64,000 nt of DNA from an uncultured Planctomycetota bacterium (GTDB taxonomy: Bacteria; Planctomycetota; PLA2; JAEUHO01). Below are positions 20,430-28,375 of this stretch, one piece after another. Below the pieces are notes generated by a model that worked only from the letters and a program-made list of their open reading frames with translations, made no database searches and was not told where the DNA came from. The stretch lies in NCBI GenBank assembly GCA_963752285.1, contig CAVVXN010000005.1, positions 1,056,001 to 1,120,000 on the forward strand, read 5' to 3'. Within the stretch, counting starts at the first letter, position 1. Every line of letters starts with the position of its first letter. The translations under genes and the position numbers were made by a program.

Positions 20430-21950
20430 GTGACCGTCACGTCCGGGTTCAGCGCGCGTACCCCGCGGACGGACACAGCCGCGTTCTCTCCGTCGCCGCC
20501 GGCTCGCGCACGGCCTCGGCGTCGCGACGGTCGATCCTCGACGCCAACGGCGTCGGCGCAAAGCGGCCCGAGGCGCGACCGGCACATCGCGGCGGACGGT
20601 AGGATCGTCCGGGTGGGCGACCGCTCCTCCCCCCGGATCACGCCGGCCGCACGGCGGATCGACGCCAGCAGGGTCCCGTTCCTGGTCGCCCGACTCTTCT
20701 CCGCCACCCGCAAGGTTCCCGCGGTCGCGGTCACGACGTCGGCCACCACCGGCGAGCCGCATCTCGATCCCGACGCGCTCGCCGCCGACGTGGGCGAGGC
20801 GGCGGAGGTCTACCTGATCCCGACCGGCGAGGCGACGTGGGCGCTCTCCGCCGCGCTCCCGGAGAAGCTCGACGTCTACGGCGGCGCGGTGCGCATCTGG
20901 TGGCCGGGCCTCACGCGCGAGACGAGTCCCTACGACCACCCCCTCCTCTTCGCGCGTTCGCGGGAGGACGGTGAGCAGGGGCGTCGGCGCGTCCTGGCGG
21001 CGATCCGCCCGACGCCGCCCCCCGCACCCGCCCCCTGGAAGCGGGTCGCCGAGGCGTACCAGGTGGGCGACGTCGTGTGGGGTGTCGTGGAGAACCTGAA
21101 GCCTTTCGGGGCGTTCGTCGAGCTCCTGCCGGGCGTCGTGGGTCTGGTCCACAAGAGCGAGCTCGACTGGACCTTCGTGGACGACCCGGCCGACTTCGTG
21201 AGCGCGGGCGAGCAGGTGCGGGTCCAGATCCTGCGCCTGGACCCCGTGGAGAAGCAGGCGGACCTCTCGGTGAAGCGCGCCTGGAACCGCGAGCCGCGCG
21301 CTCCCCTCCCGGCCGAGCCCGGCGGACGCCCGCTGCTCTCCGACGCGCCCCCGCCGCGCCCCGTCCCCGTGCCCAGCGTCGCGACGGCGGCCCTCGACGA
21401 ACTTCAGGCCGAGCTCGAGTCGGTTCGGGAGGACCGTTTGAACCTCCTTCGGCGCATGCGCGAGCTCCAGAAGGAGCTTCGGAGCGCCGGGGACCGCGTC
21501 GCGTACCTGGAGCGGACGGCAAACGTCGATGCGACGGCCTCCGAGACTGCGTTCCTCGTGGGCGTACGCATCGCCTATGCGCGGCAGTTCGGCGAGGACG
21601 AGCGCCGGCGGTACCCCCTCGCGCGCATGCGCGTGGGAGCCGCGTTCCTCGACCGCCTCCGGAACCTCGCGGGCATCGGCACCGAGAAGGTGCTCGAGGT
21701 GTGCGCCCAGGTGGCCGCCGGCCGCGCCCACGAGATTCCGGCGCGCGAGGTCCACCGGCTCCGGCAGGGCGAGGGCGGTACGGGCTACGCGAACCGCAAG
21801 CGCGACGGCGCCGCCGCGTGGCGATGCTCGCTCCAGGACGCGACCCCGGGGGCGCGACGGCTCCACTGGTGGAACGTCCCCGGACCCGACGGCGCGACGA
21901 TCGAGTTCGCGAGCGTGGGAGTCCACGACGACTACGGGATCCCCGATTGA
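20430..21950 (+). CDS. S1 RNA-binding domain protein with coiled coil and unknown N- and C-terminal domains
   Basis: S1 domain YQVGDVVWGVVENLKPFGAFVELLPGVVGLVHKSEL...VQILRLD; heptad segment LQAELESVREDRLNLLRRMRELQKEL; C-terminal ARRLHWW...IEFASVGVHDD. Confidence 0.8.
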   Translation: MTVTSGFSARTPRTDTAAFSPSPPARARPRRRDGRSSTPTASAQSGPRRDRHIAADGRIVRVGDRSSPRITPAARRIDASRVPFLVARLFSATRKVPAVAVTTSATTGEPHLDPDALAADVGEAAEVYLIPTGEATWALSAALPEKLDVYGGAVRIWWPGLTRETSPYDHPLLFARSREDGEQGRRRVLAAIRPTPPPAPAPWKRVAEAYQVGDVVWGVVENLKPFGAFVELLPGVVGLVHKSELDWTFVDDPADFVSAGEQVRVQILRLDPVEKQADLSVKRAWNREPRAPLPAEPGGRPLLSDAPPPRPVPVPSVATAALDELQAELESVREDRLNLLRRMRELQKELRSAGDRVAYLERTANVDATASETAFLVGVRIAYARQFGEDERRRYPLARMRVGAAFLDRLRNLAGIGTEKVLEVCAQVAAGRAHEIPAREVHRLRQGEGGTGYANRKRDGAAAWRCSLQDATPGARRLHWWNVPGPDGATIEFASVGVHDDYGIPD

Positions 21951-22065
21951 GGATCGTCGTGCGCCGCGGGTCGGTCCCTCGACCCACGCCGCCGTCGCGG
22001 AACCGCAGCGGCATCCTGCGCATCGACAAGACGCTCGTGCCCCGCCGTCTCGTTGTGCTCCCCCC

Positions 22066-22215
22066 TCCCCATTGATTTCGCACTGTCGAGCACTCTCTCC
22101 TCTCGACCGGCCCTCGGCTTGCAGTCATCTGCAAGCATGTTCGCGCACGTGCATGCAGAGAGTCCCCGTTCGATTCACACTGTCCCCATTCGCAACTCAC
22201 AGTCGAACACTCTCT
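22066..22215. repeat. cluster of imperfect ~20-33 bp direct repeats (transposon-end-like) at the left island edge
   Basis: 22066-22098 and 22183-22215 match at 25/33 positions (TCCCCATT...CACwGTCGArCACTCTCT); a third partial copy sits at 22163-22184; palindrome TTGCAG-TCAT-CTGCAA lies between. Confidence 0.55.
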
Positions 22216-22284
22216 AGTCTCGGCTGACGTGGCCGTGGGCGATTCGACGGCAGGCGCAAGCGTCACGGACGGGGCGGTTGCCGC

Positions 22285-22479
22285 ACGGCTCAGGACGCCG
22301 GCGGCGTGGAGGCGCTTGGCGTAGCGGTCGAAGACCTTCTCCGCGACGTCCGAGAGCCACGCGGGGGCCTCGGGCAGCGCGACCTCGGGCTGCGGCTCGG
22401 CGGGGTTGCGCTTCGCGCGCCACGATCCGCGCAGGCGCAGAACCTGCGTCGGCGTCGGGCGGGGGCCGGGCTTGGCCAT
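22285..22479 (-). pseudogene. phage terminase small subunit, P27 family, truncated after ~65 codons
   Basis: MAKPGPRPTPTQVLRLRGSWRAKRNPAEPQPEVALPEAPAWLSDVAEKVFDRYAKRLHAAGVL matches the P27 N-terminus (GPxPxPT, PxWL); GAGAGGA RBS; similarity is lost afterwards. Confidence 0.75.
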
Positions 22480-22865
22480 GGCTCGTTCCTCTCGCCGCCC
22501 ACGCGGCGGGTGCTGGAGGAGCCCGGCGGGGGTGACGCCCCCTTTCTACCCGTGCCCAGGGACGTCCGGACGGCCGGAAGGCGCCCGGCGAACCCGTGGC
22601 GGGGCCGGCCTCCGGGGACGACGTCGGGGGCCGCGGTCGCCAGGTCGTGGACGTCCGCTGCGGCGGCCTGGCCCCGCTCCGCGAGGGGGTCGGCGGCGGC
22701 GCGGAGGAGATCGAGGACGCCCACGGGGACCACGGCGGCGACGGCCTCGCCCCGGCGCGTGACGACGACGTAGGTGCCGTCATCCCGCACGCGGCCGAGG
22801 ACCGACGCCAGGTCGGCTCTGAGGCGATGGACGGGGAGTCTGAGAGGGGGCAGAGCGGGGGTCAT
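22290..22865 (-). CDS. Phd/YefM-like antitoxin-domain protein (C-terminal extension doubtful)
   Basis: LRADLASVLGRVRDDGTYVVVTRRGEAVAAVVPV is the prevent-host-death pattern. Confidence 0.65.
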   Translation of the reverse strand: MTPALPPLRLPVHRLRADLASVLGRVRDDGTYVVVTRRGEAVAAVVPVGVLDLLRAAADPLAERGQAAAADVHDLATAAPDVVPGGRPRHGFAGRLPAVRTSLGTGRKGASPPPGSSSTRRVGGERNEPWPSPAPARRRRRFCACADRGARSATPPSRSPRSRCPRPPRGSRTSRRRSSTATPSASTPPAS

Positions 22866-22883
22866 GAGAGCGAGTTGTACAAC

Positions 22884-23340
22884 TCAGAGCCGACAGAATG
22901 GGCCTCCGGGGCCATTTCGCGTTTGCCCCCCGATCCCGTGAAAAAAGAGGCACGCCCACGCGCCCGCTCGGGGGCGCCTCGAGCTCCTAGAGATGGAGGG
23001 CCCCCCCTTCCCTGCCTTCAGCCGAGCGCGCTCGGCCGCTCTCTTCCGGCCGTGGCAGACCGTGCACGTGGGGGCGAGGTTCGACCGCACGAACGCGAGC
23101 TCGCGGGCAACCGCGAGGGGGACGACCTGGTCCACCTGCGTGGCGGGCTCGGTCAGCCCGAGGGCGGCGCACTCGCGGCAGACGGGCTCGTCACGCAGGC
23201 ACCCGGGCCCGGACGGCCTGCCAGCGTGCGGAGCCGCGGATGCGGGCCACGGCCGGGTCGCGGCGGGTGCGGTTGTACACCGCGTCCGCGTGGCGGCGGC
23301 TGCGTAGTATCCCAGCGAGCGTGCGCGGCTTCGTCGGCAT
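22884..23340 (-). pseudogene. phage packaging HNH endonuclease (frameshifted)
   Basis: Across two shifts: MPTKPH...YNRTRRD...GSARWQAVRARV/LRDEPVCRECAALG...ATQVDQVVP...SNLAPTCTVCHGRK; CxxC...CxxCH, DH replaced by DQ. Confidence 0.75.
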
Positions 23341-23444
23341 GACGCCTCGGGCTCGCGCCCGCTGGGTTCAGCGCTCCCCAAGGCTACCACGCCCCCTGCG
23401 TCGTCGCTACGCTGACCAGCGGTAGCGACAGGGGGGCGAGAGCA

Positions 23445-25157
23445 ATGCATGCGTGCCGGAGGCTGCTTAGCCTAGTTGCGCTCGGATTGATGTTCGGCTG
23501 CGGCGGCGGGGGGACGAAGCCACCGGTGGATCCCGGCCCCATGCCCGGGCCCTCCATTTCACTGCTGCAGACAAGCGCCGCGCCATTTGACCTGGTGACG
23601 GTGGGTTCCGCCGGGGCGTCGTCCGGGCTAGATGGGACGATTCGACTCTGGGACTCCAGCGGCTACGACACTACGTTGCCGCTCCTTGAGACGGAGCCCG
23701 TGCAGTTTGTCTGCCCCGTGTACGTTAGCCAGCCTTCCGGAGGCATGCCCTCGGGCGACGTGAGCGCCGAAGTCACGATTGGCGGGCAAGACTACAGTGT
23801 AGTGGGGACACTCCACATCGCGGCCCTGCCGACGTCCTCGGCACCCGCGGGGAGTATCGTCAAGGCAGCACTGGAGTCGATGCTGCAGCAGGGGGTGGCT
23901 ACTGGGCGCGAGGATCTGGCGGCACTGCTTGCCCACCTTCCGGGCGCGTCAGTACTCAATGCACCGGACATTCTCGATGCCTACGGGCAGCAGGCCGACT
24001 TCATCCTGTCCAGCTACGCAGCAGTGTCTGCCTTGACCGATGGGGCTGAGATCAGCCAACACCTGGGAAGATATTCTCGAGGCACGACGATGGTCGATGT
24101 GACACTGGACGCTACGGCCCTTCACTACCTGGACGCACTTCTGCTTGCATTTGTGCGGTCCCAGCAGCCCGCGCTGGGCGAACTTCGAAGCGCCTCGCTT
24201 CCTGACGGCGCAGCCCACGATGAAGTGGACGACGTCGCAACGGGCCTAGACTACGCACATAGAATTGAGGATGGGCTTCGCAGCATCGAGACTGCACCCC
24301 TAAAGTGGCTGCTGCGCCGGTCTACGCGGGGTCTGGAGAACTGTTTCTATGCGATACGCAGCAGAGATCCGGCTCACGCCCTGTATCTCCCGGTGAACGA
24401 GGTGCTCGCTCTCGGATGGCTCCAACTATTCAATGTCGCCTCCGAGTATTGGACTGTAGGAGACCGGATCAAGACCTGGGCGACAAACGATCCCGATACC
24501 CTGGCCGAGGTCCAAGGCAACATCGACCGGATTCGCAAACTCGCGCAAGACAACAAGGCAGCGCAAGCGGGAGTTGACGAGCTTAGGGAGGCGTTCGACC
24601 CCGACCTGCCTCCACCCGGTCCCCCTGAGCCCATTCCTTCGAGCTCTGCGTTCCTGCCGTCCTATCTCGACGGGTTGCCCGCACCGGACGGGAGTCCCGC
24701 GATCGATGAGTGGCAGGATGCCGCAGCCGGCGGCCAGATCCAGCCGTATCCTTGGGCCAAGGGCTCGGGTACGTACACTTGGACGGGGTTTCGCAGCCAG
24801 GGGACTGTCGTCGATCCTGGTACTGGCTGCGCCTACCAGTCGGGGTTTTCCGACGAGGTAGTTGAAGTGGCATTCGGGCCGGACGGTAGCGCCACGTGGA
24901 GCTATACTGGCACTTGGGAGAACCGCCCCCTTGGGAGTTGTTCCGATCCCGACTTTGTGGTCCCCCCCCCATCTGGCGTCCCTACTATTCGAACGGGCGA
25001 CAGCGTTTCATTCTACGAGAACGCGGGCGTCAGCTGGGCCTGGTACGCCAATATGCAGTCGATCACGATCTACCCCCCCGGCCCTTCGGGGTCGTCCACG
25101 CAATGGCGCCTCTCGTATCACTATGGCGCCACCGGCGGGAACGAATTATGGAAGTGA
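23445..25157 (+). CDS. hypothetical lipoprotein (island cargo)
   Basis: Lipobox LMFGC-GGGG; intact 570-aa ORF; visibly more A/T-ending codons than core genes. Confidence 0.75.
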   Translation: MHACRRLLSLVALGLMFGCGGGGTKPPVDPGPMPGPSISLLQTSAAPFDLVTVGSAGASSGLDGTIRLWDSSGYDTTLPLLETEPVQFVCPVYVSQPSGGMPSGDVSAEVTIGGQDYSVVGTLHIAALPTSSAPAGSIVKAALESMLQQGVATGREDLAALLAHLPGASVLNAPDILDAYGQQADFILSSYAAVSALTDGAEISQHLGRYSRGTTMVDVTLDATALHYLDALLLAFVRSQQPALGELRSASLPDGAAHDEVDDVATGLDYAHRIEDGLRSIETAPLKWLLRRSTRGLENCFYAIRSRDPAHALYLPVNEVLALGWLQLFNVASEYWTVGDRIKTWATNDPDTLAEVQGNIDRIRKLAQDNKAAQAGVDELREAFDPDLPPPGPPEPIPSSSAFLPSYLDGLPAPDGSPAIDEWQDAAAGGQIQPYPWAKGSGTYTWTGFRSQGTVVDPGTGCAYQSGFSDEVVEVAFGPDGSATWSYTGTWENRPLGSCSDPDFVVPPPSGVPTIRTGDSVSFYENAGVSWAWYANMQSITIYPPGPSGSSTQWRLSYHYGATGGNELWK

Positions 25158-25669
25158 ACTGCAGTGCACCATGTCGGCTACCCCACCTCCCCCTCGAACA
25201 GCACCCGCCCGCCCCGGTCGTGCAGCGTAACCCGCACGACCTCCCCCTCCGGGAGCCGCCGGTCTATCCGGATCTGCCGCGCGACCTTCCAGACGCTATG
25301 CGAGCCTCCGTATAGTGTGTGCTATGCAGAGATCCGGACTATGCGGAGCAGCTTCTGCGGACCAGCGGCACTCCGGCCCCGGATGCTCGGCCTTTCGACA
25401 GGGCATGTGTCCTTCACTCCGCATAGTCGGCAAGCTCCTGGAGAGGCCTTTCGGGCCGGAAAGGAGCACCTCATGCCCACCCACGGAGTCTGGACTGTCG
25501 AGACGCTCTTCCAGCACTCTGCAGGAGTACCAGCGAAGAACGCGCGGACTGAAGTCCAGAACTGTCTTGTTGTACTGGCACTTCATACGCCTGCTTCTGC
25601 TGCACGTCTTCGGAGAGGATCCGATCGACATCCCGAGACTCTCCGCAAGGGCCGTCCGGGAGCTCGTTG

Positions 25670-26270
25670 GTATCCGTCCGGTCAACCCAGGTAGCAGAAC
25701 GTTGGCCCGCGCCGGCCGTCAGCCCGTATCGGGTGCAGCCCGATCGCGGGCCTCCCGCCATCCCCGCGGGGTAAGCTCGTGCATGCGGTCCGCGGGTGCT
25801 GGGCGACCCGGCTGAGGACGTCCGTCAGCCACGCCTTCGGGTCGATCTTCTGCAGTCGGCAGGTGCCGAGCGACCCGTAGAACGTGGCCGCCCACGCACC
25901 GCCACTCTCGCTCCCGCAGAACGTCCAGTTCGACCGGCCCACGGCCACGGCTCGCAATGCGCGCTCCGCCCGGTTGTTGTCGAGCTCGATCGCGCCGTCG
26001 TCGAGGAAGCGCGCGAGCTCGGTCCATTGGTCAGCGCGTAGCCGGTGGCCTTCCCGACCGGGCTCTTGGGAAGGACCTCGGTCTCCATCGCTCCAGGTGC
26101 GCGTGCAGGGTCTTCATGATCGCGACGCTGCGATCCTGGCGGAGCACGTAGCGGAGCGCCACGAGCTCCTCCCGGCTCTCCGTCGCGCTCCAGGCGTCCT
26201 CCTCTACGTCGTAGAGCTGGCGCACGAGCGCGAGCACCAGGAGGCAACGCGCGGGGTCCAGGCCCCGGGC
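25670..26270 (-). mobile_element. IS66-family remnant (tnpC 3' part, frameshifted, with terminal IR)
   Basis: LPKSPVGKATGYAL / ELDNNRAERALRAVAVGRSNWTFCGS...GTCRLQKIDPKAWLTDVL; IS66-like terminus GTATCCGTCCGGTCAACCC at 25670. Confidence 0.85.
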
Positions 26271-27030
26271 TGTCAAGGGACACCCAGTCTTCCGAACTAG
26301 GGAGACGTCCAGTCTTACGAGGTCCTCCTTCTGGGTTTGGGTCTCCGTCTCTTGATCTGGGGTGGGTTGAGGGAGGGGCTTGGCCCCTCCCTCATCCGCT
26401 CCGGTTCTTTTCTGCCTCTTCGCCCCCCCGAGGGGGGGCGCGAGGCGGCACTCGGTTTGCGGCGTCCCTCACTGCAGCTGCCGCTCGAGATCGCGCAGCC
26501 GGTACGAGCTGCCCCGCACGCTGAACACGTGGGCGCGGTGCAGCAACCGATCCAGCATGGCCGTCGCCATCACCTCGTCGCCGGCCAGGATCTCGGGCCA
26601 GTCCTTCACCGCCTTGTTCGTGGTCAGGATCATGCTCCCACGGCCGTAGCGGTAGCCGATCAGGCGGAAGAACAGGCTCGCCTCCTGACGCGTCATCGGC
26701 TGGAAGCCGATCTCGTCGATGATCAGCAGGGCCACGGAGTTGTACTTCTTCCCCCGCAGCCGCGTCGGCGGAACGTCCGCGTCGCGCCGGAGCATGTGGA
26801 GCAGGTCGTCGAGCCGGTGAAAGGCCACCGAGAACCCGCACTCGACGGCCTTCACGCCCAGGGCCACCGCCAGGTGCGTCTTGCCGATCCCGGGCGGGCC
26901 CTGGATCAGGACGCTCTCGTGCTCGCGGATGTAGCCGCACGTCGCCAGCGTCTCCAGGCGCCGCTGGTCGAAGCCCGGCTGGAAGCCCCAGTCGAAGCTC
27001 GACAGCGTCTGGCCCGGCGGGAGCCCCGAC
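26271..27030 (-). mobile_element. IS21-family remnant (one end plus truncated istB)
   Basis: Terminal TGTCAA at 26271 with internal repeats CCAGTCTTCCGA/CCAGTCTTACGA; interrupts the IS66 tnpC. Confidence 0.8.
26469..27030 (-). pseudogene. istB: IS21 helper ATPase IstB, 5'-truncated by IS3
   Basis: FDWGFQP, Walker A GPPGIGKTHLA, Walker B LLIIDEIG, AMLDRLLH, GSSYRLR. Confidence 0.9.
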
Positions 27031-27084
27031 TGGGGTGGCCCCGGTTTGGTGGAGGGTCGGGCGCTGGGGTAGGAGATATCCCCG

Positions 27085-27399
27085 ATGCCCAAGACCCGTC
27101 CCCCCTACCCCCCTGAGTTTCGCCGCCGGCTCCTGGACCTCGTCCGGGCCGGTCGCACTCCCGAGAGCCTCTCGAAGGAGTTCAAGGTCTCCGCGCAGTC
27201 GATCCGGACCTGGGCCCGCCAAGCGGACCTGGACGCCGGCCGCCGAACGGACGGCCTCACGACCGAGGAGCGCCAGGAGCTGAACCGTCTCCGCCGACAG
27301 GTCCGCGTGCTCGAGGAGGAGCGCGAGATTCTGAAAAAAGCGGCGGCCTGGTTCGCCAAGGAGACCACGTCCGGCCCCAGGAAGGGTTCCGGTTCGTGA
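27085..27399 (+). CDS. IS3 transposase OrfA (HTH)
   Basis: YPPEFRRR...LRRQVRVLEEEREILKKAAAWFAKE. Confidence 0.92.
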   Translation: MPKTRPPYPPEFRRRLLDLVRAGRTPESLSKEFKVSAQSIRTWARQADLDAGRRTDGLTTEERQELNRLRRQVRVLEEEREILKKAAAWFAKETTSGPRKGSGS

Positions 27400-28259
27400 G
27401 GGCGCACCAGGCCAACCACGCGGTCGAGACCCAATGCCGGGTGCTCGGTGTCTCCGTGAGCGGGTACTACGCCTCCCGGACGAGGCCGCCGTCGGCCCGT
27501 TCGATCGAGGACGCACGGCTCCTCGGGAAGATCCGGGCATTCCATGCCGCCTCCCGCGGCACGTACGGAGCTCGGCGCATCCACGCCGACCTGGAGGCCG
27601 AAGGCGTCTTCGTGGGCCGCAAGCGAGTGGCGCGCCTGATGCGCCTGGCGGGCTTGGAAGGCGTCAGCCCGCGGAAGTGGACGACCACGACGTCCCGCAG
27701 CGACGAGCACGCCGCGGCGCCGGACCTCGTGAACCGGGACTTTTCGGCGAACGCGCCGAACAAGCTCTGGGTCGCCGACATCACGTACGTGCCGACTTGG
27801 GAGGGATTCCTCTACCTGGCGGTCGTGCTCGACGTCTGGAGCCGAAAGATCGTCGGCTGGGCGATGAGCACGAGCCTGGCGACCGAGCTCGTGCTCACGG
27901 CGCTGGAGATGGCCGTGCGCCAGAGACAACCCTCGGGCGTCGTGCATCACTCCGACAAGGGCTGCCAGCACACATCGATCGCGTTCGGGCACCGCTGCAT
28001 CGAGGCGGGCGTGAAGCCGTCCACGGGATCGGTGGGCGACGCATACGACAACGCGATGGCCGAGAGTTTCTTCTCGACGCTCGAGTGCGAGGTGATCGCT
28101 CGGCAGTCGCTCAAGACCAAGGACCACGCCCGGAGCGAGGTGTTCTCGTTCATCGAGGGCTGGTACAACCCCCGCCGACGGCACTCCGCCATCGGCTACA
28201 AGTCACCCAACCAGTTCGAGGAGGCCGCCGTCCAGGCGGCCATGGCCCCCAGCGCCTGA
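27396..28259 (+). CDS. IS3 transposase OrfB (DDE/rve)
   Basis: YGARRI, WVADITY, HHSDKG, DNAMAESFFSTLECE, WYNPRRRHS. Confidence 0.95.
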   Translation: MRAHQANHAVETQCRVLGVSVSGYYASRTRPPSARSIEDARLLGKIRAFHAASRGTYGARRIHADLEAEGVFVGRKRVARLMRLAGLEGVSPRKWTTTTSRSDEHAAAPDLVNRDFSANAPNKLWVADITYVPTWEGFLYLAVVLDVWSRKIVGWAMSTSLATELVLTALEMAVRQRQPSGVVHHSDKGCQHTSIAFGHRCIEAGVKPSTGSVGDAYDNAMAESFFSTLECEVIARQSLKTKDHARSEVFSFIEGWYNPRRRHSAIGYKSPNQFEEAAVQAAMAPSA

Positions 28260-28375
28260 CCCTCCACCAAACCGGGGCCACCCCAGATCAGCAGCGTGCC
28301 TGGGGCGCCGGGCCCGTGGGCATCCACCTCCCGTAGGCCCGGTCGGTATCCTCCTTCCGTGGTGGAGGGTATGGG

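Larger units (their letters stand above)
27031..28285 (+). mobile_element. complete IS3-family insertion sequence
   Basis: Perfect 28-bp terminal IR TGGGGTGGCCCCGGTTTGGTGGAGGGTC (27031-27058; reverse complement at 28258-28285), TG...CA ends, orfA/orfB, A6G slippery site at 27334-27340; no target duplication visible. Confidence 0.95.

Noticed and set aside
25160..25669. Gene between the lipoprotein and IS66
   Set aside because: Only a short protein-like minus-strand tail (…WKVARQIRIDRRLPEGEVVRVTLHD…) with a stop shortly upstream; too fragmentary to call.
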